A DNA stretch of 62,726 nucleotides, the filler included, from Vannella sp. (taxonomy: Eukaryota): assembly GCA_023345925.1 (NCBI GenBank). It is 6 parts of 6 records of this genome, joined end to end, with 100 filler letters (N's around TTAATTAATTAA, not from the genome) between each part and the next. Parts side by side here need not be neighbours in the genome. Positions count along the whole stretch, not along the records: positions 30,272 to 44,613 come from JAJQQN010000759.1; positions 44,714 to 50,585 come from JAJQQN010001279.1; 4 more parts are not named here. The stretch is one strand, 5' to 3'. The notes beneath the pieces are model-generated. The model saw only the letters and a list, made by a program, of their open reading frames with translations, searched no databases and was not told where the DNA came from. How positions within the stretch are numbered: position 1 is the stretch's first letter; the number at the start of each line of letters is the position of its first letter. Position numbers and translations under genes: made by a program. Shown here in pieces: positions 33,991 to 45,712 of the stretch.

Positions 33991-34722
33991 ATGGAGGCCC
34001 TCTCCGCAATTCTGTTGACTTGCATTCGCCGAGCTCTTGAGACAGAGCATGCGAAACTAGCTCTCGTATCTACAAACAGCATGCGTTATCCTACGTCGGT
34101 AGCTCCCTTTGCAGTGCTGAAGCAGAACTCTTCAGAAGCAGTCGAGGAGCTTTTAAGCTTGATGGAACCGGGAGAGACGGTATTCCTCTTCCAATACGAG
34201 TTACCTACAGCTCATCCACGCTCTTCTGTGCAAGCTAATGTGGCTCAAGTGCTCTGCCTTGCCTTCCTTTCCACAACGCCGATTCCCTTCGCCCGGGAGG
34301 ATGTCATTCCTACCCTCCTGAGACCAGATCTGGACCCTCAACACGCCTTAGACATGGTAGATCTGATAGCCATTGCATTTCCGGGCTACTATCGCCCCAA
34401 CACGTGGCAGATGGGCCGCTATTTTGGTATCCGCGACTCCACGAACCGTTTAGTGGCTATGGGGGGTGAGCGCTACTGTTTTGAGCTCGAAGGTAAACAT
34501 TATCGTGAGATCAGTGCTCTCTGCACTCACCCCGAGCACACTGGACAGGGCTACGCCAGTGTTCTCGTCCGCCATCTTCTCACCCTCCATCTTGAGGAGG
34601 GAGCCACGAGCTTTCTCCACACTGACCAGCGCAACACACGTGCACTGGGACTGTATGAGCACCTTGGCTTTCAACGCCTCCACATCCAGCCCATCCACTT
34701 CCTGACTCGTCAAATGGACTAA
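33991..34722 (+). CDS. GNAT acetyltransferase, FR47-like, intronless
   Basis: PGYYRPNTWQMGRYFGIRD...LVAMGGER...REISALCTHPEHTGQGYA...NTRALGLYEHLGF. Confidence 0.88.
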   Translation: MEALSAILLTCIRRALETEHAKLALVSTNSMRYPTSVAPFAVLKQNSSEAVEELLSLMEPGETVFLFQYELPTAHPRSSVQANVAQVLCLAFLSTTPIPFAREDVIPTLLRPDLDPQHALDMVDLIAIAFPGYYRPNTWQMGRYFGIRDSTNRLVAMGGERYCFELEGKHYREISALCTHPEHTGQGYASVLVRHLLTLHLEEGATSFLHTDQRNTRALGLYEHLGFQRLHIQPIHFLTRQMD

Positions 34723-34958
34723 ATCGACATCCTAGCAAGTTGAGATATCTCAGCCCCGTTCGTTCTCGATCCGAGGCACAATGGCTATCTCCATTTGGAT
34801 ACCTCTGAACAATAGCCCATCGCCCATTGATGAGGCTAGTTGGTCCAGGGTTCGCAGATTGGATAAATGCGTTGACCTATCCCCAAAAGGAAAGTTCCAA
34901 AAAGTGTGTGCATTTGGGAATAAACAAGTCAAAGGAGGCTAAAGAGAATTCCGAAGGA

Positions 34959-37900
34959 CTACTGAATGAGAGCTTCTGCTTCGGGAGCAATATCATCGGA
35001 GAACACCATTTGACCTTGGTTCTTGCGAATAAGTTTCGTTAAAACAACGGCGAAGAAGACGAGACAAATGAATGTGGCAGCAAAGAAAGTGGCAAAAGAC
35101 ATATTCTGCAACCAACTTGTAGCTTCCACTCCCAACCTAAAGTCGAACGCATTCTGCTTGGAGAGAGTAGTTTGTTTGTAGGCAATCATCTTTCCAGAAA
35201 GGTGAGCAAAAGGAGAAAGAAGTTTGGAAAGCTTACAATAGGGTAAAAGGTATCAATTTGAGGGCTGTAGTAGCGGTTGAGGCGGCGGTACTTGGCATCC
35301 AAGAAAACATTCACTTGAAGAGTCTCATTTACATGCATTACCAATCCTGTCTTAGGTTCCACATCAACAAAGTTATAATCTGTCTTCCAGTTCCGGTTCT
35401 CTGCTACTCCCTGGACTCTCTGAGAATAATACTCATCCGCGTCCGCCCAATGCGGGTTGGAGTAGAAGATTGGGCATTTTTGGTGGAAGCTGGTGCTGTT
35501 GGCAAAGCCTTGAATGCTCTGAAAGTACAGCGGATTGGGATTGAGCGTCTCATTACTGACCATAAACCGCCAAAGAGGAACCCCTCTATACATAGAAGAA
35601 CCAGTTCTTACAAGATGAAGAGTTCGTAGATAAGTAGCATCAAACGTATACAGATCCTTGACTTCCCTCTCGTCCATGAATGGTTCAAACTGTCCCCATT
35701 CCGTGGTACCTTCGATGGGGACATCCTCTTGATAGAAAGGAGCGGGAATTGACTCCATACCACCGTAACTCTTGTATGCGGATACCCGGGATATGTTGGT
35801 CTTTCCTGTATAAGTGGTGATTTTGCCATAGAGTGTGGCGTCGGATAGTGTAGTCATGTTTTGAATCAAATTCCCAGCATTAGGGTGTGTTGGGTTGGCT
35901 AGTAGCATCAACGGATCTTGGGCATCGAAGATCCAGTTATTGACTGTTCGAACTGGGAAGAGCCCTCCTCCATTAGCCAGTACGTCACCAAGGTAGGGAT
36001 ACGCGTATTTCTCGGAAGCATAAAGGAGATAGACTACAAAGTTGATTGTTTGCCCGTAGTTCAATCCCCAAATATCCTCAATCAGCTCCCACTGAGGCTC
36101 ATTGTAGCAGTTAAGGAAGATCTCGCATTCCTCACATTGATCACATGTGTTACAAGGAGTGACTTCTTCATCGACAACACACTTATCACAGCGAGTGCAG
36201 TTACTAGATGAGAGATGGTGGTCGTTTGGCTGTCCAGAATCGGTACATTCTCGACACCCAGTACAGTCAACTGTGGAGGGCTCGTACAAGATTTGGCATG
36301 GGATTGAAGATGTTGAGTTGGTACAGTGATCTGTTGTGTTTAACTGATTCAGGCAAACTCCATCTTCAAGAGTGCACTCGTATCCATTCTTACGTGAAGA
36401 GCAGATGACTTGTTCTTGGGAGCAGCCAGAGCACTGCTTGCAATTACGATTAAAGCGGGTTTGTTCACCTTCTGGACAAAGAAGAGGATCCAAAGCCATC
36501 CCATATTGCTTAAAGAAGTAACCAACATAACTGAGGTTGAAGAGTCCACGAGTTCCATTAAGTAGCTGCTTGGATTGGTCTACAGTTAGCTTATCAAGAC
36601 GCCCTGCAATGAAACATCCATAATCAGGTTTTCCACCGGGTCCAAAATGGTATTGGGAAGCGGCGCTTCGACCCAAAGCGGTCACCCCACAGGAGGCCCA
36701 TTGGAGCCAGCCCAGGTCTGCCACTTCTTGAACCCCTGAATCGTCCTTTTGGTAGGTTTGAATCAACCCTGGGTTCTCTACAATTGGATAGAAAGAGCTG
36801 CGGAGCCAATCCGCTATCATTTCTATCTGAGTTGGAGTCAATCCAAACAGATTTTGGAGTTGTTCTTGAGCAGCGACGCGAATTTCAAGAGGGTGAGATT
36901 GGGACAAGGACTTTGACCCGTTGATCAAGTGATTGATCGTCGCGTTGAACCACAAATCGGTGGAATCTCCCTTTGTGTTAACTAACGAGTATGGCACCGA
37001 AGCATCCCAGAGCTTTGCCGAAGATTCTTCAGAGATACCACTTGGACTTCCTCTGAAACTGACAATCATGCCGTCCCACTCTGCTGAAGGGGGAGAAGTT
37101 GCGTTGGCCCATGTGGCGAGGAACACATTAGAAGTAGCTCCAATGGCTTTTTGAGCTGAGAGAAGGTAAGTTTTCTGATTATCCACTTGAATGTGATGAA
37201 CAAAAACGGTTGTCAGCCACTCCATGTTGATCCAAAAAGCTGGCCCAGTAAATGCTACGATCAAGTCCTCCTCTGTTCCAGTAGTTGCCAGGATGCCGAT
37301 GTACCCAGGGCTTAGATTGACAACCTTATCTGTCAGAGCATCTCCTGTTGATGCTTCAGGAGCCCACACGTAGTTCCTAATGCACCACAAGTGAGGGAAT
37401 GGTCGAGATGAAAGTCATTCGCAGGAAAGTGACTCACTGGAAGATATTGTACGTCACTTCATCCCCATCATCAGACCACTCCACATTGACCTTCTCATGG
37501 TTCAAGCGATAACAATAAGGCCCCTTCTCCTCATAAACAGGAGTAACAGAGGCATTGTTGGCCACATCTTCCACATTCGTCAGATTGAAGAAGTTGTAGC
37601 ACTCGTACTCCGGTGGAGCTTCATTATCTATGTTTGTCAGCCACATGGAGTACCCAGGAGAGTTCTGTAGCCCGCATAGTGTGAGTTGAGCCCATTCCAG
37701 TCTCAAAGAACACTTGGCGTACTGGAGAGTCAACAACAGCATTCGCAGTTATACCAGACGTCACCAGATACCCGATCACCGCGTACGCCAAGAACGAGAG
37801 GACGAAACAGACGCCCGAGCACGAAAGACAGCAACCAGCAAAGGCGCAAAGGGACTTGTCCTGCTTGTCCCATTGCAGCGAGCGCAGTACACGATACGAG

Positions 37901-37968
37901 CTGATCAGCTCGTCAATGGGCTTCGTCTCGTAAGTAACAAAGCGCTCCCCGAACTGCTCCGAGTCCAT
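34959..37968 (-). CDS. CD36/LIMP-2 family lysosomal integral membrane protein with Cys-rich insertion (multi-exon)
   Basis: N- and C-terminal TM segments plus motifs FFNLTNVEDV, YEEKGPYCY, GGLFPVRTV, PIFYSNPHW, VDVEPKTG and LQVN. Confidence 0.85.
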
Positions 37969-38171
37969 GCGCAGTCGGGCGGCTGAAAAGTGAAATGAAG
38001 TTCCAACGAAAGTACATTTCCCCTCTCCTGATTGGTTGAAAAGTGCGAAGACGATTTATTGCCACCTTGCAGCGGATGAGTCTTAGGAATGTCACTAAGA
38101 CTCACTTAAGTGTGCGAGGAGGGAGGCTCGTCAAAATGCGGACATTGAAGAGTCCTGGGAGAGAGAACGAG

Positions 38172-41100
38172 TTACTTGATGGTATTGAACTCTAACTTGC
38201 CTCTGTAAGGTTTCTTTGCTTTGATTTTGCCCTTCTGGGCCTCGTAGGGAGCTGATTCATCGTCTTCCGCGGGGTCCTCTTCTTCCTGTGCCTCGAATTC
38301 GAGAACCTTTTGCTTGACCACTCGTTGTTCTTCCTCGAAGGCCAGGTCTCTTGACCGGTGTGCAAAGGCCACATCGGTGGGGACTTCGAATTGGCGAGTC
38401 GTCTGTTTACTACCCTTCTTAGTGAGAAGCCGGAAAACTTTCGCGGTTCCGGTGGTTTCTGCTGCTGTCGTTGAAGCTGTGGAGCGGAAGAAACTCATTG
38501 GCATGGACATGGAAGAACTGGGAGTGTCTGGACGGCGATTGACTAAGCTCTCACGAGTCATAGTATTGATCAGCCGATCCAATTCCTCATCTTGGTCCGC
38601 CATCTCTGGAGCTACTGGCTGGGGAGGACCGGCCAACTCCGTATCAGGAGAAGTGAGTTCCTCTTCCTCTCCCTCTTTTTCAGGTGGATTAGCAGCCTCT
38701 GTGCCCGCAATGATCGGTTGAGGAGGAGCAGCAGCTTCAGCGGGAGCATCGCCAGGCAGTTGCACTCGCAAGTGTCCAGGAACAAACGGGAGAATGTCAT
38801 TGGCACGTTCGTACTCAATAACCTCATCCAGTGCTTTTCGCGCTTCCTCAGGAGTTTTCAGCCGCTGGAAATTCTTACTGAGGTTGCTGAGAGTGTCAGC
38901 CATGAGAAATTCGATGTCATAAGGTATAAAGGGAAGAGAGAAGTAATAACATTGGAAGTAGACCAAGTAACGGGTGAAGATCTGCTTATCTAAGACCTCT
39001 ACAAAGTAGGGCGCACAAGTATTCATCAATGTACAGACTAGACGGATTCGGAAGGGCTCGTTTCGGTCACAAGGATAAGTAATGAGAGTCTGAAGGAGAG
39101 AGAAGATGAGAGAAGAGTCTACAGCAGCGAAGGTGTAGAGCTCAGAAAGGAAGCGGGCCATCATCACTCGTGACTGCTGCTGAATAGGTTGGTTCTGCTC
39201 CAGTCCTTGGTAGAAAGCGAAGAGAGCTTGGTCGATGGTCTTCACAGTGATCTCGCTGGCAATGTTGTTCATGGACGACACGAGGGTAGCCAACACAGGG
39301 ATGTTAGAGAATGAGACGTTCTTCAAGTTGAGAATGCATTTGACAAGATAGTCTCCATGTTTGGCCAAATCCAGCTTCCTTATCTTCCTCATCACATCCT
39401 TGATTGTGCTCTTAGAAAGCTGACGGAAAATCAAATGGCGTATGTACTCAAATACTGGCTCCCTCTCCTTGCAAATAGTGCTTCTCTCAGGCGGTTTGCA
39501 GCAAAAGTAGGCGTTGTCGATCATTGTCTCCATGTTGTTATCCAGATTCTTTGCCTCTTTGAAGCGAATCAAAGAATCAAGTAGCTGGGTGGTCCGCATG
39601 TGAGTCTCCGGTGTGCGGTACAAGAAACGGCCGCACGTCTCGAGGAACTTGCAAGTAGTCTCAATACTGCGGTGGGTAGCATCTTTCAGACAGGTTTCGG
39701 TAAAAACAAAGACGACAATAGGCGGACAAATCTTGAACTTGCACATCTCGCTAAGGAAAACTGCGTTGCGGATGCGGAGTCCGTTATTGTGCTGATCTTT
39801 CTTTCGTCGGACACGGCGAAACTCCGACCGAAGTAAATCCAATACGCCAGAAGTTATGTCCGGGAAAACAGGGCGGAGAGTTGCTAAGAGCCTGCAGTAA
39901 TAAGGAATAAGGACGAGCTCCCACCAGGGCGCATTGTAGATCTCTTGAATCAGCCTGGCCCGGTTGTTTTTGGTTGCAAAGTAACAGAAATCAACCGCAG
40001 CAGCATCAATGAGTTCACGGTTGACGCATTTGGGAAGACGAGTGAGGAATGTCTCCATCTTGACATGTGCTGGAGTCCCGTCATCCGCAGGTTCCTCGCC
40101 TTCATAAGTGTTATAAGATTGTCCAGGCCCCTCGTAGAGATCACCATCTCCTTCGAGAGTTCTTGCCAACTCTTCTTCGTCCACGTCAGGTGCCTCTTCA
40201 GCTGGTGCTCCGCTGAAGAACACTCCCGGAAGGATCTCTCGTAGAGGGCGAATATCCTCATAGAAGGTCCGCGTGTCCTCATCACCAAAAACTCCGTCTA
40301 CTTCATTCTGAGCTTGAAGTAATGAAAGAGTTGCCAGGCCGATACTTCCCACAATAGCCGCATCCTCATCCTCTTCAGGAAGTTGAGGCACTTCCACGTG
40401 GAGGATTTCAGCCAGACTATTGATCCCATTGATAAGACGTTCATAGAACTGTTGCTGTTTCTCATAGGCCTGCTGCGTTGCTTCTGTCAGCTCTCCACGC
40501 ATGGCAACCGAGTTCCTATTGGATCGCTCAGTCTTCCTCAATTGCTTGTGTTTGGCCACTCCAAAGTCAGCTATCCGATCAAAATAGTCTCTAGATAGTG
40601 CCAAATACTGTTCCTGAGCTCCTGGAGAGATAAGGGGGGTGGTATGGTCCATACTGTCGACGAGAGCCCTCAAAGTGACTTCGCTGTTCTCTGCCATCTC
40701 TTGGGCTTGTTGATCCGTGATGACCTCTATGGGCTCTCCCTTAGGTGCATCTGCCTCTTTAACAATGCGGATGGCCTCCCCCAGCTGCTGTTCGCGGTGG
40801 AGGATCTGGTAAAAAGGTTGCGGTTGGAGTCCCATCAGCTCGTTCGCGCTGCAGCGAGCCCAGTCGATCTGCAGCATCAGTTCGTTGATGCAAACTTCCT
40901 CGTCCTTGATGTGATCAACACTCTCTTCCACTGCGACTTGGTACAGGCGGAGAAGATCCTCTTCTGCCACGACTCCCAACAGGAACAGCTCCACGAACAG
41001 TTTGAGCACGTCTCTCTTACGAGAGAAGTGTGCCTTCCTCTCTGCCTCCTTCTCAAAGCCTTTGGGAGACTCCAAATGCTTCATCAAACGAGGAATCAGA

Positions 41101-41774
41101 TCCGAAGCAAAGTCCTCGTATCTCCCGTGCATCATCGCAGACACTCGCGCCATAGCAGCAGGGGAGTTCTTCGGCTTCATCTCGGCCACTGCTATCACCA
41201 CCTCGCTGACGTATCGTTTGAGGTTGAGTTGGGTGACATCACGGCAAAGAGTGTCCACGTTGTCGCTACTGATGCTCTGGTTGATCTTTTTGATGAAAGC
41301 TGTGTTTCTCTTCAAGCTGGAGTCCAATGCCTTGAGCTGGACTGGCGTAGGACGACGAGTGACGTCATGAAGGAGTTGAACGCGCTGGTTTCGTTTCTCT
41401 TTCTTGCTGGTGTAAAAGCTACGGAGGCGGGAGTGAGCTTCTGCAACTGATTCTGTTAGCTTGGTGACTCTTTCTTCCCTTTCTTTTCGTCGTTTCTCCT
41501 CCAGGGCGGCCGCCCTCTTTCGTGCGGCTTCGATGGCTGCCAAACGAGCTCTCTCTGCCTCCTCCTCGGCTTTCTTTCGCTCTTCTTCTGCCTTTCGTTT
41601 GTCCTCTTCTTCTTTGAGCTTTTTCTTGCGTTCGAGGAGCTCCTTCTTGGACAACCTGGCCTTCTTCGGCGCTGCCGCAGTTGCAACGGCTCCGTCCTCC
41701 ACAGGCTTCTTCGGGGCCCGAGGCCTACGCCTGGGAGGTTTAGCATTCGCCTGAGGAGCAGCTGGCTGGCTCAT
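38172..41774 (-). CDS. UPF2: Regulator of nonsense transcripts 2 (three MIF4G domains)
   Basis: LDSSLKRNTAFIKK, LNLKRYVSEV, FGDEDTRTFYE, LPKCVNRELID, FLETCGRFLYR, FRIRLVCTL and the C-terminal LLTKKGSKQ motif. Confidence 0.96.
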   Translation of the reverse strand: MSQPAAPQANAKPPRRRPRAPKKPVEDGAVATAAAPKKARLSKKELLERKKKLKEEEDKRKAEEERKKAEEEAERARLAAIEAARKRAAALEEKRRKEREERVTKLTESVAEAHSRLRSFYTSKKEKRNQRVQLLHDVTRRPTPVQLKALDSSLKRNTAFIKKINQSISSDNVDTLCRDVTQLNLKRYVSEVVIAVAEMKPKNSPAAMARVSAMMHGRYEDFASDLIPRLMKHLESPKGFEKEAERKAHFSRKRDVLKLFVELFLLGVVAEEDLLRLYQVAVEESVDHIKDEEVCINELMLQIDWARCSANELMGLQPQPFYQILHREQQLGEAIRIVKEADAPKGEPIEVITDQQAQEMAENSEVTLRALVDSMDHTTPLISPGAQEQYLALSRDYFDRIADFGVAKHKQLRKTERSNRNSVAMRGELTEATQQAYEKQQQFYERLINGINSLAEILHVEVPQLPEEDEDAAIVGSIGLATLSLLQAQNEVDGVFGDEDTRTFYEDIRPLREILPGVFFSGAPAEEAPDVDEEELARTLEGDGDLYEGPGQSYNTYEGEEPADDGTPAHVKMETFLTRLPKCVNRELIDAAAVDFCYFATKNNRARLIQEIYNAPWWELVLIPYYCRLLATLRPVFPDITSGVLDLLRSEFRRVRRKKDQHNNGLRIRNAVFLSEMCKFKICPPIVVFVFTETCLKDATHRSIETTCKFLETCGRFLYRTPETHMRTTQLLDSLIRFKEAKNLDNNMETMIDNAYFCCKPPERSTICKEREPVFEYIRHLIFRQLSKSTIKDVMRKIRKLDLAKHGDYLVKCILNLKNVSFSNIPVLATLVSSMNNIASEITVKTIDQALFAFYQGLEQNQPIQQQSRVMMARFLSELYTFAAVDSSLIFSLLQTLITYPCDRNEPFRIRLVCTLMNTCAPYFVEVLDKQIFTRYLVYFQCYYFSLPFIPYDIEFLMADTLSNLSKNFQRLKTPEEARKALDEVIEYERANDILPFVPGHLRVQLPGDAPAEAAAPPQPIIAGTEAANPPEKEGEEEELTSPDTELAGPPQPVAPEMADQDEELDRLINTMTRESLVNRRPDTPSSSMSMPMSFFRSTASTTAAETTGTAKVFRLLTKKGSKQTTRQFEVPTDVAFAHRSRDLAFEEEQRVVKQKVLEFEAQEEEDPAEDDESAPYEAQKGKIKAKKPYRGKLEFNTIK

Positions 41775-41924
41775 TCAGTCCACCAAGCAGGCACGGAAGT
41801 AACGTCAACCACCTAACGAGGCAGCAGAATGAAGGATCTCAAGCCCAATCAACATTGGTTTGCATACTATCCGTCATAAAATTGCCATCCCTCAAATCTG
41901 GGCTGATCGGCAAAGAGCCGATAA

Positions 41925-41947
41925 CTAAACCCTAAACCCTAAATCCC
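41925..41947 (+). repeat. Telomere-like tract / tandem telo-box upstream of UPF2
   Basis: ctaaaccctaaaccctaaatccc. Confidence 0.75.
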
Positions 41948-42100
41948 AGAACGGACGAACTTCCAGGTGCTCTGTTCTCCCGCTAAATGGGGGAAAGGTC
42001 TCAGGTCTTGAAGTGAATTGAAATCAGTCAGAACAAAAGGTAGAGGCTGGGAAGGACCAGGGTGCACCAAAAGTGCGATTAAGAGGTTCCTGAAAGTGAT

Positions 42101-43530
42101 TTAGTCACTTCGCCGGTCTAAGTTTTGGTTCCTATCATCTAAGCTAGCTCGAGAATTGTTGGCCGCTTTCTGGTCTTCAGTATGGCCGTCTCCTTCTGCT
42201 GTTCGGTCTTGAACGGCGGCGCTTTGTTTTGTGTCGGTCTGGGGGACCTGGCCATCGAATAGATTGTGCTTGCTATCTCGCTTCTGTCTATTAGACTGGA
42301 GTGGATGTCGCCTAAGCCAAGTATCCCCAAACCCAAATCGGCGAGTGCCCGGCTCGAATATGACCGGCGCCCTGTTGTTTGTGCGAAGGACAATCTCATT
42401 TGCGATCATCTGCAAGTGAGAGGAGACGCACCTAAGACGTGGCTGCTCTTTTTCGTTCCAAAACCTGCAAGAGAACCTCAGTCCCTCTCTTAAGATAGAT
42501 TATTCAAGATCTCGTACCGTATATCAATGTGCTGCGGTCGCACTCGGACACAAACACTACACACGAGATGATAGGAGTACTTGTAGTCGCGCATTAACCC
42601 TAGCTTGCCACCTTGGCTCTTCTCAGGATAGAGATAACATCCAAAGTCTCTCTCTCCAAAGCGCAGAATGCACGCTTCAAGCTCACAGTTGGAGTGTTTG
42701 ATCAGGATAGGGATATCATAGAAGGATTCTACCTCTTGTGGGCCATCATCACGGTCATGTGCCCCAGATGTAGCGGAGTTCTTGCCACCATTCTTCATTT
42801 GGCCCCCAGCGCTTCCAATGGCGTCTATCCCCTGCTGAGGTTTCTTTGTGCTGTATCTTGGGTCAACTGTATGCCGTCCAATGCGGTCCACACCGTCCCC
42901 ATTCTCCTGAACGGTCATTCGATTCTGCGCTCCGACCGCAAAAATGCTCTCTGCAAGCTCCAGACACTCGTCTGCTAGTCTGATATCAGGTGCCACTTCC
43001 TTTTGGGAGTTGCTCTCTGAATTGGAGGAAAGAGAGCTCCATCTCTCGCCTGCTTGCTCGGTTGTTGTGGTTGTGGGGGTCGACTTGTCCAGTACTGCCT
43101 CAGAAGGGGTAGAAGGAATGTGATAGTAACATGGAGAGTGGTCCATGAGGTATTGTATGAGAAGGAGAGCCTCAGAGTAGTGATAGAAGCTGCTCAGGGT
43201 GATGGTCGACCCCGTCTCCAAAAGAAGAGAAATACTGGAGGTGAAGCCCCAGAAGCCTGTTTGGGAGGTTACATCTTTGATCTCCATGTAAGGGTACTGC
43301 TTCATCATCGTCTCACTACCACTAGTAAAGAGCAGATAGTTCTGAGTGAGCCACAGCTTCCCTCCCATGGAAAGCTCTCCCATCTGCCAGTTGCAGCGGT
43401 AGTTCTGGATGACTGTCTCAGACACAGGAAAGTCAGAGAAGCACCGTAACAAGTACTCGTTCTTGGCCTGCATCTCCTGGTACTTGCAAAGAACGGACCC
43501 GTCAAAGTCCTCCAACCCCCCGTCAGCCAT
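42101..43530 (-). CDS. GRAM domain protein with SNARE-like coiled coil and PH-like insert (multi-exon; 3' end uncertain or degenerate)
   Basis: GRAM segment ETVIQNYRC...GKLWLTQNYLLF...YMEIKDV. Heptad segment ECLELAESIFAVGAQNRMTVQENGDGVDRI. Confidence 0.6.
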
Positions 43531-43601
43531 CCAACGACCCCAACCAAATGCACCAAATAAATCCACTAATGATTCACTTTAATTCGGGGGGCTGGGGCGG
43601 T

Positions 43602-44349
43602 ATGCAGGAGACGAAGATTGTGCTCTTTGGTGAAGCAGGTGTGGGGAAGAGTAGGTTTAGTGGGAGAGAGAGGTGTGGGTGTGCTCATGAAGCTGGTGAT
43701 GTAGCGTCTGTTGCTCTGCGGTACTGTACGGGAGTGTTTGTGCAAAAGGTGTGACGAGGAGGTCTTGGTGGAGGTTAACCGTTACTTATCCTCTTTCTAG
43801 TACGACCCAACTGTGGAGGATCTGTTTCGGAAGCAGGCTGTTATTGATGATCAGGCTTACATGCTGGAGATCATCGACACGGCTGGGACGGTTAGTGAAG
43901 GAAGACTCTGACACTCTCCATACCTGACCTTTGGGCACAGGATCAGTTCGAGGTGATGCGAGAGTTATACATCAATGCAGGACACGGCTTCATCCTCGTC
44001 TTCAGCCTCATCTCTCAGTCTACCTTCGATGGGATTGATGTCTTCCACGACCTCATCAAAAACATCAAAGGGGCAACCGTACGTCACTCTCCCCTGTCCT
44101 CCTTGCCCCAACACTGACCAAACAAAGGCACAAATAGTCCTGGTGGGTAACAAAGTCGACCTCCAGGACCAACGGAAGGTGTCTCGGGAGCAAGCCGAGG
44201 AGAAAGCCCAACTAATCGGCTGCCCATACCTCGAAGTGTCAGCAAAAGAAGACGAGGGGATCACTACCATCTTTGAGACTCTCGTAAACAACATCCGAAA
44301 AGCCACACCCAAAAAGCCCCGATCAAAGGTGCAATGCGTCATGCTCTAA
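43602..44349 (+). CDS. Rap/Ras-like small GTPase (5 exons)
   Basis: Spliced product has [25 protein letters not shown] (Rap-type Thr at position 61), GNKVDL, EVSAK and CaaX CVML. Confidence 0.92.
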
Positions 44350-44613
44350 TACATTGTGTAATTATATGCTCACCGTTACCTTCTGACTCGCACCGCAATG
44401 CGCCCTCCCTGGCAATCGTTGCTACTCGAGCTCTGTCGCACTGCCTGCTGTCGACAGACCCTCATCAACACGTAAACCAGGGGGAAATGCGACTGTGCTG
44501 CCTGTAGGCTCTTAAGTTCCTCTGCGGCCTTTGACCCAGAGGTTTCACAGCAGAAGCCATCATCAAATTAATCAAATTGATCGTGCCCACCGAAACTTGG
44601 TCGTTTTCTAAGA

Positions 44614-44713
44614 NNNNNNNNNNNNNNNNNNNNNNNNNNNNNNNNNNNNNNNNNNNNTTAATTAATTAANNNNNNNNNNNNNNNNNNNNNNNNNNNNNNN
44701 NNNNNNNNNNNNN
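44614..44713. other. Artificial contig linker
   Basis: N44-TTAATTAATTAA-N44. Confidence 0.99.
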
Positions 44714-45712
44714 CTTTGGGGGGAAGCAAAGAGAGAGAAAGGGGGAAAGGAGTCCTGCTGGGAAGGCTTCTTCCTTCATTCTCTTCCTCCTCCGCTCTCC
44801 CCTGAGCAGGGGCTCCTTCCCACACCTTCTCACTGGAGTCCAGGAAGGAGCACGGAGACACCAGAAGGAGGGCGAAGGGGAGGAAGACGGGAGCCGGAGA
44901 TTCTGAACCTCGCTTCCGCCCCCCACTCCCTCCAGGCCTCTTGGATCGCTTTGCACTTCACTTCTGTATCATGGGAGTCTACCAGGTGCACTGGTGATGC
45001 CCCCTCTTAAAGGGGTGATCTTCTAAGTGCTCATTCCTCAGCGATCGGATGGATTGTTCTCTCAGAGGACCTTCAGGAGCATTTCGGACTCGAGAAGATG
45101 AGACAGGACCTTCCACGGCATTCAGAGTGCCCTCTCATGCCCAAGTGGACAACGCAAAGGTTCTTCCTCGCTCTCCTCTGCGGAAGGGAGATCCTCACTT
45201 GTTACGTTGCCCTTTAAAACAAGAACCTGAAAGAAAGAGAGCAGGATGTGTGCAACCGGGAACTTCCCGTTTCAGAATGGACGAAAGGGAAAGCAAGGCG
45301 GCTTTGAGAGCTTCTCCCTTCGGTAATGGAGAAACATAGAGGAGCTTGTTCGAACTGCTTTATGGATCTTCTCTGTGTCACTGGTATTAGAAACGTGCCT
45401 CTGTCGGGCCCCTCGACGGCCAGAAGGCTCGGAAACAGTTTTTGTGGGATAAAGAAAGTGGATGATTTGGCCTCCGCCATTCTATTGAAAGCCATCAGAC
45501 TACTTTCTGAAGTAAACAAGAGTATCTGAAGCCCAGAAATATCTTCCTTGCCGAGAAGGCCAAAACTGCCTTTGAAGTCGCTCTGGAAACTCATTCTCAT
45601 GTCTCTGTGACCCTTCCAACAGGTTCCCTGGAGAGAGAGGAGAGTCAAAAGGGAGTGGTGTTGGAAGGAGGGGAAGGTAGCGTTTAGTTTAGGTCCAGTG
45701 GAGGGAGAAACT

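Noticed and set aside
44350..44613. Possible structured ncRNA downstream of the Rap-like gene
   Set aside because: No tRNA, snRNA, snoRNA or SRP motifs recognisable. An Infernal/Rfam search would be needed.
44714..45690. Possible spliced gene on the + strand at contig start
   Set aside because: I could not build a consistent stop-free model or recognise a family.
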